IMG/VR virus record: IMGVR_UViG_3300027963_000040
Length of the DNA stretch: 64,000 nucleotides
DNA from: a virus
Strand: one strand, 5' to 3'
The notes beneath the pieces are model-generated. The model was not told the DNA's origin and searched no databases. It worked only from the letters and a program-made list of their open reading frames with translations. Positions 26,449 to 35,695 of this stretch are shown piece by piece. The position numbers were made by a program, and so were the translations under genes. The number at the start of each line of letters is the position of its first letter. The first letter of the stretch is position 1.

Positions 26449-28560
26449 TTAGAACTGACCGATGATTGTTGAGAACTGAACGCCAGTTCGAACAGCCACG
26501 AAATTCAGCTGAATAAAGTTGATTGAACGATTTGGCTTGATGTAAATATCACCCCAGAACTCATTTCGATCAATTCTTTCTGCTGTGTTATTTGTGGAGT
26601 CGCAAACAACCAGGAAGTCAGTTATACCACGACGAGCCTGAACGTCACGCAGATAAGGAACGACTAGGTTCTTAAACTGCGATCTTGTAAATTCATCGTT
26701 GAACTCAAACAGAGAGAATCTTGAAGCATTAGAGATTGATTTTTCAAGATTGATGAATAGACGACGAACATTGATATGATCGAATGCAGAAGGCTTCTTT
26801 GTTCCAGTCTTATCACCGAACAGAACGGTTCCTTGACCTGGGAATGTTACAATCGGATTGATCGAGTTTTTGTAAAGGAGATCTCTTTCGAGCTTTACTG
26901 GATTATAACGAAGCTTTACAATGTTTTTAATCTGACCGCGATTGAAACCGGCTGGAGAAAACCAAGCATCGTTTGTTGCTTCTGTTCTTGCTGCAAGACC
27001 AGCGATATCGCCGTTCAGAGGAACATAACGATAAACGTCGTTATAACGATCGTACATATACTTGTAACTTGAGTCGTACACAGCGTATGTAGAATCAGAA
27101 AGAGCGCCAAACCAGTTAACAAGCGAAGTAGCTTCCGCCCCAACGTTGCTCTTTACAAGAGAATCATCTGGAGAGATGAATGCAACGCAGTCTTTACGAG
27201 CTTCGGCGATATTCTGAATCAGATAATTCGCAAGCTGAAAGTTATTTACAGTCTGACCATTTACAGTTGTAGAACCGCCAGTTGGTTTACCCTGCATCAG
27301 TAGAGCAATATCGACTGTCTCTGTAGATTTATAAAGATCATACGCAGAAGCAAGAATGTTTAGAGGGGCTGTTGATTCTGTATAACCATCAGTTCCACCA
27401 GCGAACGATAGAGACAGAGGAGACATGTTAGATGAACTTGCGATATTCAGAGCAACATTTGAAACAGCACCGGTACGATCGTTAGCCCACCATACGTAAG
27501 CAGAACCATCGTTGATTACTGTTTTATAGTAAAGTGAAGCGCCTGCCTGAGACTTAGCATCAGTAGCACGGGAAACGTTCTCGTAAACTTCTAGAACTGC
27601 GTTAGGAATTCCAGTGAACATACCGTCTTGGTCAACAACCACTACGTGCATAGTATCAACGGCTGAAGTGTTACCGAAGTTTGTATTATAGTAAGAAGAT
27701 ACAGGAGCTCCATCGACTCTGTCGAAGAATTCCCAGTTTCTTGTCAAACCGATAACCGTGGTATTACCGTTAGTTGTAGTATTAGCGGTGAAATCGGTTG
27801 AAAGCTTGTAACCGCTATCGAAGTTTAGTGCAAAAGTTGCTACTGAAGCATTGGCAGTAACTGATCCAACAGAAGTAACTTTCAGATACTGAGTTCCGAT
27901 AGAACTGTTTCCTACAGTTACAGCATCACCGACTATTAAACCATTCGCGATTGTATTTGCATAAGTGTTAGCTGCGCCAACAACGCCATCAGAAGTGAAC
28001 GAGAAAGTACCTGTGTTCGAACCAATGCTTAAAGAGAAAGAACCAGTAATCGTGTTACTTGTTACGGTTCCAACAAGAGCGAGGTTTGAGCTGTATGCGT
28101 TAACGCTGTCGCAAACCGAGATCTTCAGCGATGTTCCAAGATAACCAGGATACTTTGCGATATAAACTGCATTTGAAGAAGTGTTACCATCACGAACGTT
28201 TAGATAATCATTTCTGTTCTTTACAACGTTAGCCGCTACGTTTGCTACGTTCGTATTTGCAATCGCGTTAAACGCGCCTTGAGCAGCATTTGAGCTAGTC
28301 GTATTGGCAGCACGAACTACGTAAAGAGAAGAACCGTAACCAAGAAAGTTAGCGGCAGTGAAAAAAGTCTCGTAGTTGTTTGATGTTGGTTTACCGAATG
28401 TGTTAACGAGAACGTTTTCATCGGTTACCAAAAATCTTTCGCCAACCGGACCCCAGCGAAAAATGCCGGCAACTGCACCGGTTGAAGTGGCTACGCCTGG
28501 AACAACTGTAGTAAGGTCGACCTCAGTTACGTTTACGCCAGGACTTATTTGATATGGCAT
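26449..28560 (-). CDS. gp18: tail sheath protein
   Basis: SPGVNVTEVD, WFSPAGFNRG, INVRRLF, YIKPNRSINFIQLNF. Confidence 0.97.
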   Translation of the reverse strand: MPYQISPGVNVTEVDLTTVVPGVATSTGAVAGIFRWGPVGERFLVTDENVLVNTFGKPTSNNYETFFTAANFLGYGSSLYVVRAANTTSSNAAQGAFNAIANTNVANVAANVVKNRNDYLNVRDGNTSSNAVYIAKYPGYLGTSLKISVCDSVNAYSSNLALVGTVTSNTITGSFSLSIGSNTGTFSFTSDGVVGAANTYANTIANGLIVGDAVTVGNSSIGTQYLKVTSVGSVTANASVATFALNFDSGYKLSTDFTANTTTNGNTTVIGLTRNWEFFDRVDGAPVSSYYNTNFGNTSAVDTMHVVVVDQDGMFTGIPNAVLEVYENVSRATDAKSQAGASLYYKTVINDGSAYVWWANDRTGAVSNVALNIASSSNMSPLSLSFAGGTDGYTESTAPLNILASAYDLYKSTETVDIALLMQGKPTGGSTTVNGQTVNNFQLANYLIQNIAEARKDCVAFISPDDSLVKSNVGAEATSLVNWFGALSDSTYAVYDSSYKYMYDRYNDVYRYVPLNGDIAGLAARTEATNDAWFSPAGFNRGQIKNIVKLRYNPVKLERDLLYKNSINPIVTFPGQGTVLFGDKTGTKKPSAFDHINVRRLFINLEKSISNASRFSLFEFNDEFTRSQFKNLVVPYLRDVQARRGITDFLVVCDSTNNTAERIDRNEFWGDIYIKPNRSINFIQLNFVAVRTGVQFSTIIGQF

Positions 28561-28606
28561 TTGTTATCTCCTTTCGAAAGTATATAATAATCGAGCGTTT
28601 CAAACT

Positions 28607-28614
28607 TATTTATA
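28607..28614 (-). promoter_or_regulatory. late promoter of gp18
   Basis: TATAAATA. Confidence 0.75.
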
Positions 28615-30253
28615 AAAACCCGTGTTCTGGCTCGTCGCTCATCCATCCTCTAATAGTCGGAGCCTCGACTATCTCTGCATGCGTCATGCCATTATCAACA
28701 AATCCAAACGGAGTAAGATCCTGTGAAATTTCTTCATCTGTTTTTTCGCGGAGCCTCGAAAGTGTATTTATCGATGTCAATTCTTTGAAATACATCTGAT
28801 CCGAAAGCCAGGCGAACAGAACCAAACCCATAACCATATCATCATGTTTGCCGGACTCAGCTTCGTAGGACAATCCTTTTCTGGAAAAAGTAGAGAGTTC
28901 GCTAATAGTTTCAAAATCATTTATTACAAACTGATTTTGTTCGATGAGAAGCTTCAAGATTGAACAACCGACAGATTTTACTGATTTTGTTGTTCTGATA
29001 CCTTTGTCGATATTACCGCCGAAACCTGAAGTGATTCTCTTGCCGTTTCTGCCAGCTGATTCTGTGAACAGAACGTTATCGTATTCAAAATCATAATGTA
29101 ATGAATTTGCTACCTGACCACCCATGTTATTGATTTCAACAAGAACAACAGCGCTGTTATACGATTTGCAAACTCTGAAAACAATCTCAGCATAGTCAAT
29201 TGGCGACACTAGATTGTTACGGTAAGTGCAGACCTGTTTGTAAGGCATAGAATGAACGTCTATTATACTGAATGCCGAGTAGTCTAAACCTTTGCCCTCT
29301 GAAACGTCGACGATACAGACGTAAGGGCGATCTTTCACAGGTTGTTCAAATAACTGTAACCCATTGTTTTTATGCATTGGTATTTTGTATACGAGCTCTT
29401 TTAGTTTCCAACCAGCGATAAGAGTACCAGAGCTACCTTGGAATTCTACACAGTATTCTTGATCAAACTTTTCTGTATCAAAATTCATCGCGGAAAGAGT
29501 GTCTTTTCTCCAGGCTTCGTCTCTTCCTGGAACGTCATGCCACATGACTTTGATTGGCTTGTAATTGTTTTTACCTTCGGACGAGTTCTGCCAGATTTTG
29601 TAGAAGTGATTTAGACCGTTTGGAGTTGAAACCAAAACGATCTTTGATTCGGTGCCGGATGAAATTGTAGGATAAACGGATGTGAAGAATTCGTCCCAGT
29701 TCTCAATGAACGCAGCTTCGTCGATAAACAATAGGTTGATAGAGTAACCACGAATGTTATTAGAAGAAGTAGCAGCTGCTATGACTCGGCTATTATTCTC
29801 TAACTCAAACGATCCTTTGTTCCATTCTTTTACACCCTGTTGCAACCATTTAGGAAGATACTGATACGCCAGCTGAATACGCCCAAGGATTTCGCGTGCT
29901 GTATCACCTTTATTTGCAAGTAAAGCGACGGTTTTGTCGGCATGGAAAATGATATACCAAAGAATGAATCCACAAGTAGTAGTTGACTTACCAGCCTGTC
30001 TAGCCGTAGCGATGACAGTGTATCTTTCTTCTGCCATCGTCTTGAGCATTTGTTCTTGATATGTATAAGGAACGAAGTTAACCAGACCACGGTTGATGTT
30101 GATGATCTTCATGTAAGTTGTAACGAAGTATACAACATCGTTTTTGCACTTCATGTATTCTTGCACTAATTCCGGAGTCCAGTTTACGGAGACTCCGCTG
30201 CGCTTTAGATTAGGATTACCAAGATAACTTCTGAAATTGTTAATCTCATTCAC
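28610..30253 (-). CDS. gp17: terminase large subunit
   Basis: YLGNPNLK, ARQAGKST, FIDEAAF, STPNG, HDDMVM. Confidence 0.97.
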   Translation of the reverse strand: MNEINNFRSYLGNPNLKRSGVSVNWTPELVQEYMKCKNDVVYFVTTYMKIININRGLVNFVPYTYQEQMLKTMAEERYTVIATARQAGKSTTTCGFILWYIIFHADKTVALLANKGDTAREILGRIQLAYQYLPKWLQQGVKEWNKGSFELENNSRVIAAATSSNNIRGYSINLLFIDEAAFIENWDEFFTSVYPTISSGTESKIVLVSTPNGLNHFYKIWQNSSEGKNNYKPIKVMWHDVPGRDEAWRKDTLSAMNFDTEKFDQEYCVEFQGSSGTLIAGWKLKELVYKIPMHKNNGLQLFEQPVKDRPYVCIVDVSEGKGLDYSAFSIIDVHSMPYKQVCTYRNNLVSPIDYAEIVFRVCKSYNSAVVLVEINNMGGQVANSLHYDFEYDNVLFTESAGRNGKRITSGFGGNIDKGIRTTKSVKSVGCSILKLLIEQNQFVINDFETISELSTFSRKGLSYEAESGKHDDMVMGLVLFAWLSDQMYFKELTSINTLSRLREKTDEEISQDLTPFGFVDNGMTHAEIVEAPTIRGWMSDEPEHGFL

Positions 30254-30675
30254 TTTTTCATATCCTCGATCATCTTCTGAAGCTCGGATGTCGAACCTAC
30301 AAAAAGATTGTTCGTAACGTGTTTTTTCGCTTCTTCATCCTGAGGAACATCCGCCTTGTCAATCGTTCTGATCTGCTGCTGTATGTCAAGCAACTGTTTA
30401 GATGCGTTTGTGACTGTATCCATAAGTTTAGCGAGGACCTCGAACGCTCTTGGATTTTGAGACTGATCTGCGATAGTTGCAAGTTTTGCGATAGCGTCAG
30501 TACCATTTTCTATAACCTCTCGAACGTTCGCGCGCGCGAAGGTAAAATCTTCTTTAGCCGAATCATTTCTCGCCGTGTTAACGATAGTAGAAATTGATTT
30601 ACTATAGTCTGGTGGAACAATTGGTCCCAGATTCAATGCCCTGTCGATTGGGCTCTCATCATCATTATTGTCCAT
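30250..30675 (-). CDS. gp16: terminase small subunit
   Basis: NPRAFEV, NNLFVGSTSELQK. Confidence 0.93.
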   Translation of the reverse strand: MDNNDDESPIDRALNLGPIVPPDYSKSISTIVNTARNDSAKEDFTFARANVREVIENGTDAIAKLATIADQSQNPRAFEVLAKLMDTVTNASKQLLDIQQQIRTIDKADVPQDEEAKKHVTNNLFVGSTSELQKMIEDMKK

Positions 30676-31501
30676 AATCCCGTTCCGTGATGTTAGTTAC
30701 GTAGCCAAAATCGTCTGTTGCAACAATATTAGCAACTGGTATCGAAAGGCTAGAGTTTGAAGTTGGTTTACCATTTGCAGTCAATCCAGGCTGCACCTGG
30801 ATGTATGATACAACTGGATTGGATGTATTTGCGACAATGTCACCTTTTACGACAAAGAATTCTGTATTCGAAAACTTGATAACTTTGGAAGTTTTTACCG
30901 GACCGTATAGATAAGCTTTCATAGTGAAATCAAGATTCCAAACCATCGATCTGCGTTCTTTGAAATCGCCTTCGTATACGTCTTCAAGATTAACTCTATT
31001 CAGAACGACCGGTATGTCCATGGTCACATTCATCTCGGGAATAAGATGAACAGTAGTTGTCCAGTCTGGTGTGAAGTAAGGTAGAATCTGCTCTACGATT
31101 TTGTTACCATCTTCGGCATTCTTTACAAGCACGCTGAGTTGAAAGTTGATGTTGTAGGGAACTGGCATATACTGATATTTGTTCTTCGACTTATCATCCG
31201 GGTCTACTACTGCAATACGATTAATCGTCTGGAGTTTTCTAGAACCATCATAGTCGAAGCCAGTCATTTCGAACGCCATCATCGGTAATGGATACGTCGC
31301 TGTTGGGCGATCAATATTAGGATCCTGAACCACACGAGACAGCATTTTGTCTTTTGGTCCGTATGTAATCGGAACTCTTTCGACAAGATTCACGTTACCA
31401 TTTTTATCTGTTCTGCTGATGTAGATACCGTTGAACAAAGTTCCGAACAGGATAATGTATTTACGGATCGATGAGAAGTAGAATGGTGTTGATGAGAACA
31501 T
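30665..31501 (-). CDS. gp15: tail sheath stabiliser / terminator
   Basis: FGTLFN, VPITYGPK, EQILPYFTP. Confidence 0.93.
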   Translation of the reverse strand: MFSSTPFYFSSIRKYIILFGTLFNGIYISRTDKNGNVNLVERVPITYGPKDKMLSRVVQDPNIDRPTATYPLPMMAFEMTGFDYDGSRKLQTINRIAVVDPDDKSKNKYQYMPVPYNINFQLSVLVKNAEDGNKIVEQILPYFTPDWTTTVHLIPEMNVTMDIPVVLNRVNLEDVYEGDFKERRSMVWNLDFTMKAYLYGPVKTSKVIKFSNTEFFVVKGDIVANTSNPVVSYIQVQPGLTANGKPTSNSSLSIPVANIVATDDFGYVTNITERDYGQ

Positions 31502-32243
31502 CAGATTTTGCCCTCACTGAAAGGATCTTTTTCGGTAAAGTCAATAAAGTCATCCGATCCCAGCGGGAAGTTATCAGTTCCTTGCTGAATCGTATCGTTT
31601 TCAGACGCTGGATTGATAGTTTCAGGTTTGTAACCCTCTACAACCAGATAATTACTATCTTCATCAGTCAAATTGACACCCTCTTCATTCATAATAGCAT
31701 AATCAAGAATATTAACAGAGTAATTTTGCTGAATTGCATCGATCTCAGGAATACCAGTGTTGAATTGTTCGTTGCTGTATTCGAAGAGCTCACAAATCAG
31801 TTCCCAAGTCTGCAAAGCACCGAACTGATAAAACATCTCGAACTTATTGACGAACTTGATCTGGAAACATTTGCGATTCAGTGGGAAGTAAATCAGATCG
31901 CCTTCGTTCGGTCTTACCTGATCAGTTACAATAGCAACTTCCTGATTGAACGTTCTCTGGGCAATGCTGAATACAACCTGATCGCGAATCTGCAGTCCAA
32001 ACTTAGACATGAAGTTACCATCGCCAGTAAATCCATCAATTGATTTGATGTAGAGCTCTACCATGATAGCATGATTGTATTGTGATGAATCGTCTTCGCC
32101 GAGAAGCTTATCATAGTTGGTGATAACGCGAGGAATGTAATACATATCCTCGCCGTAGATTTTGATAGACTCTATGATCAGATCCTCGTAAAGGTTCTGT
32201 TCGTTACTAGCAGCAAAATTATTGAAAAAAAATTGGTGGCCAT
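31501..32243 (-). CDS. gp14: neck protein gp14; start codon out of frame by one base at a T8 run
   Basis: Body has YYIPR, SKFGLQIRD, RPNEGDLIYFP, DFTEKDPF. The conserved EQNLYEDLIIESI segment lies upstream of ATG 32145 and joins ATG 32243 only through a -1 shift at 32225-32232. Confidence 0.85.
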
Positions 32244-32902
32244 TAGGCTATACCTCCTGCGGTCTTTGACTTGTTAGCTCTTCTTTTTTCCCAACCAAGT
32301 CTAACTTTTTCTTTCCACTCTTCTGACTGATAATAGCCGGATTCAACACGTTTCTTTTGAGAAACTTTACCAGCGTCAGAAGCTAGTTTTTTTGTGTTTG
32401 GGTTTGACGATCTGGACTCGCTCATTTTTTTTCTCGACTCTTCGCTGTGTTTGCTTCCAACTCTAGAAGCAATAACAGCAGCCGCATGTTCGGCACTATT
32501 TTTAGAGTTTTTTCTTCCGGCGTGAAGTTTAGCGGCATGCTCTTTCGATATACCATTAGGAAATCTTTTTTTGTACGCTTCTCTCAATTTTTTTCTGTGT
32601 TCCTCGGTCATTTGACCTTTAGCCCAACCATCAAAATAAAAGCCATCGTTGTTATGTCTGTTGTAAAATCCCTCATTTAGTTTAGCGTCAACAGATTGAA
32701 GAATTTTTGCTTCCAATTTTCTTATGTCCGCATGTTTCCCTCTAGCAACGATCTGCCTCGAGAAATCTTGAGGTCTCCGATTATACTCTTCCATCATGTA
32801 TTTACTAGAACAAACGTAACCGTCATCCGTCGAACCTTTATGAGATCCGACATACAACTTGTTATTAACTTTATCTGTCCAACAGTACACGAAAGCTTCC
32901 AT
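32243..32902 (-). mobile_element. free-standing GIY-YIG (Seg-like) homing endonuclease gene
   Basis: AFVYCW...LYVGSHKG...YVCSS; NUMOD3-like HSEESRKKMS; inserted between gp13 and gp14. Confidence 0.85.
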
Positions 32903-33708
32903 TAGGCTGCTCCAACAAAACCGAGAACGGTTTGCAGTAAAGGAACAGAAACGGCAAGACCGAATAAAATTCCGATCATATCCGTAACTGGAAGTGAATA
33001 GCTAATGATCATCTCGCGTTCTAGCTCTCCACGCTCGCGTATGGCATCATCGTAGATTCTCTGACCATTAAACTGAATACCACCTGGTAGAGTCATGCCA
33101 GTAAACTTAGAAAGGTTTGCTCCCCACTGCTGCTTGATCAAGCAAGTAGCATAGCGAAGAAGCCAACGATCTTTCCATACGTCAGGAAATAATGCCGGAT
33201 CGACAATCTGATAAGCCTCTACAATGATGTAGTCACCAGTATTGACAATCTGCCAGTCCATATCAATGTAAAGGCGATTGATGTTTCTGTTATAACGAAT
33301 AGGCTGCTGACCGACGAGCATCTGTTCTAAGAACTGAACGTGAGTCAGCGCCATGTAATAAGGAACCATTGATACAGAAGTAAGAGTGTAAAGATCGTTC
33401 AGAGCGATCTGATAACGAATGTTGAACAGGTTGTTGGTGTTCAAGCCTTGACCAATTGGAAATAAGTTAACAGCACCAATAATATTCTCAGGCATTGTAA
33501 TATATTTGTTAATCTTATCAGCATCTGTAATCTGATACTTGTAGAAGGTTCTTTCGGAGCCATCGAAGTGATAATCCCAGTAATACTTCAATGCTTCATC
33601 AATACGATCATCAACCTGATCATCGTCAACGTTGATTTCGATTACAGGTTTACCAAGAGTTCTTAGGCAATACTCTTTGAACTGGTCTTTTGTTGTCGGC
33701 GTTGCCAT
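32902..33708 (-). CDS. gp13: neck protein
   Basis: YCLRTLGKPVIEINVDDDQ, KQQWGANLSKF...LPGG; start at 33708 after GGAG. Confidence 0.95.
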   Translation of the reverse strand: MATPTTKDQFKEYCLRTLGKPVIEINVDDDQVDDRIDEALKYYWDYHFDGSERTFYKYQITDADKINKYITMPENIIGAVNLFPIGQGLNTNNLFNIRYQIALNDLYTLTSVSMVPYYMALTHVQFLEQMLVGQQPIRYNRNINRLYIDMDWQIVNTGDYIIVEAYQIVDPALFPDVWKDRWLLRYATCLIKQQWGANLSKFTGMTLPGGIQFNGQRIYDDAIRERGELEREMIISYSLPVTDMIGILFGLAVSVPLLQTVLGFVGAA

Positions 33709-33745
33709 TAAAGCTCCTATATACAAGAAAATCGCGTGTTACTGT

Positions 33746-33753
33746 TATTTATA
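33746..33753 (-). promoter_or_regulatory. late promoter of gp13
   Basis: TATAAATA. Confidence 0.75.
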
Positions 33754-33764
33754 AAGGATGAAGT

Positions 33765-34412
33765 ATGAGCTTACAAAAAATAAGATTTAGCGAACTTGAT
33801 TTTAAATATGATACCGACAGATTATTAAAAGAACTCAATATATTAAAATTTGTTCAATATTTGACTGATGCATCAACTCATACTAATCACTATAAAATGC
33901 CCATATTCAATCAATCACAAATAAAAAATTGTAAAATTTGGAAAGGTATTAATTTAACAAATCCGCCCGATTCAGTTTTTATAAAAAATTCTAGTTTGAG
34001 CAAAATCCGTAATGAGAATAGCGAACTAGAGTGGGTTTGGGTCAAAGAATTTCCTTACATGCAATATATAGTCAAGAGTCTAGGTTTTTTAAAAACAAAT
34101 CTTGTAAGAGTTCTTGTTTTAGAACCCGGATCTATCGGTCCCGTTCACAACGATAACTCTACTGGATCTTACTATAGTGTTAACAGAACGTCGATAACTC
34201 TTAACATAAGCGATGGCGGAAGCCCATTGGTTTTTTTGAACGGAAACGAAATTCATAGTAAGATGCCTGGTCCTACATTTCTATTTAGAGATGATTGTTG
34301 GCATGGGATTCCGGAAACCAAAACACAAAGGTTTCAAGTGAGAATAAACGGAATGATTAACGAAACTGTAAATAAATTGTTATTACAAAATACAATTATG
34401 GAGATTATCTAA
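33765..34412 (+). CDS. 2OG-Fe(II) oxygenase, aspartyl/asparaginyl beta-hydroxylase-like
   Basis: VRVLVLEPGSIGPVHND (HxD), WHG (distal His), downstream Arg. Confidence 0.7.
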   Translation: MSLQKIRFSELDFKYDTDRLLKELNILKFVQYLTDASTHTNHYKMPIFNQSQIKNCKIWKGINLTNPPDSVFIKNSSLSKIRNENSELEWVWVKEFPYMQYIVKSLGFLKTNLVRVLVLEPGSIGPVHNDNSTGSYYSVNRTSITLNISDGGSPLVFLNGNEIHSKMPGPTFLFRDDCWHGIPETKTQRFQVRINGMINETVNKLLLQNTIMEII

Positions 34413-35272
34413 TGAAAATTTACCTTGATCAAGTTCCCGACTCTTTGACTGTTATGGGACACATAAAAGCGACAACGGATTGGAACAAAGCTTGCGAATC
34501 TGTTAAGCCGAAAACAAAAACACATCAATATGAATTCATTATACAGGATTTTGATCAACAATCAATCTTTAATGCAATTCAACATAGCCTTGCAATCTAT
34601 GGAGAACATGGCTGGAAATCTTCTGAAGGCGAATCAAAAGATTATGTCGGATTCAGTCTTGTTTACAATCCAGATCATCAGGAGTATTCGAATCTTCATA
34701 GTAGCACTCTTGGAACCTCTAAAAATCAAAAAAATCAATTTTTTTGGGGTAAAACAGAAACTCATACAAAATTAAAAAATAGTTATTTCGATACGCTCGG
34801 ATTTAATAAACAAACTCCTGCTAGTCAGTTTGATGCGCTCGGAAAGTTTCTTTCTAGAAGAAAATGTCAAATGATACGAGGAAGATTATCTTCTATAGAT
34901 GGTACACAAATAGAAAATACATCTGTTGGCTGGCACAGAGACGAACCCGTATTTGAAAATTTAAGATTGAACGTGCCAATTGTTACTACGAAAGATTACC
35001 TATTTCAGATGGAAGGTAAAGAACCTTGTCATCTTGAAGTCGGTAAAGCATACAGCTGGGATACAAATACGCCTCATAGAGTTTTTAATACAAAGTGGTC
35101 CGAAACGAAACGGACACATCTTGTTATAGGTTTCAGCCCTTGGTTAAATTATAACGAAAAAGAACGTTATTGGGAATCAAATGAATTTTATGGAAAAAAA
35201 CATCCATTTGATATGCTGATAGATGAAGATGTGTTCGCCGGTCTAGATTATAATCAGATGTTCCATTCGTAA
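34412..35272 (+). CDS. 2OG-Fe(II) oxygenase, aspartyl/asparaginyl beta-hydroxylase-like
   Basis: WHRDE, RLNVPI, HLEVGKAYSWDTNTPHRV, RTHLV. Confidence 0.75.
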   Translation: MKIYLDQVPDSLTVMGHIKATTDWNKACESVKPKTKTHQYEFIIQDFDQQSIFNAIQHSLAIYGEHGWKSSEGESKDYVGFSLVYNPDHQEYSNLHSSTLGTSKNQKNQFFWGKTETHTKLKNSYFDTLGFNKQTPASQFDALGKFLSRRKCQMIRGRLSSIDGTQIENTSVGWHRDEPVFENLRLNVPIVTTKDYLFQMEGKEPCHLEVGKAYSWDTNTPHRVFNTKWSETKRTHLVIGFSPWLNYNEKERYWESNEFYGKKHPFDMLIDEDVFAGLDYNQMFHS

Positions 35273-35682
35273 CGATGTGCTGTCGGTTCAATACCGAGGC
35301 TTTTAAAATTCTCAATCATTTCAGGTGAAGCGAGTAATGAAACGATAGTTGTCAAACGTTTCACACCAAGTTCTTTTAATGCGTCAATAGCCATCTGACG
35401 TGTCGTGATTGCAATTCTTTGTTCTCTATATTCCGGTTTCACATAAGTCAAATTAGAGTCGTAAAACTCCGACGTGATTTTATGATAAACCCTAATTCCT
35501 ACTGGAACATCATCAACTTTTAGTAGGAAAAAAATGCCATTCGTAACATTGATATGAGGAATTTCTGGAGCTAGAGCTCCTTTTTCCATTAATTCTTTCC
35601 AGGAATCTCCCCAAAAACCAGCAACAATACCGAAACGTTCTTTATTTTCTTCTGGTTTTACTTGTTCAATTGTAATATTCAT
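35254..35682 (-). CDS. GNAT-family acyltransferase
   Basis: YVKPEYREQRIA motif-A-like segment, LKELGVKRL, size 142 aa. Confidence 0.65.
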   Translation of the reverse strand: MNITIEQVKPEENKERFGIVAGFWGDSWKELMEKGALAPEIPHINVTNGIFFLLKVDDVPVGIRVYHKITSEFYDSNLTYVKPEYREQRIAITTRQMAIDALKELGVKRLTTIVSLLASPEMIENFKSLGIEPTAHRYEWNI

Positions 35683-35695
35683 TTAAATCTCCAAT

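Noticed and set aside
32243-32975. Group I intron around the GIY-YIG gene at the gp13/gp14 junction
   Set aside because: The ORF overlaps both neighbours through TAATG, leaving no room for an intron core; no P7-like elements were recognised.
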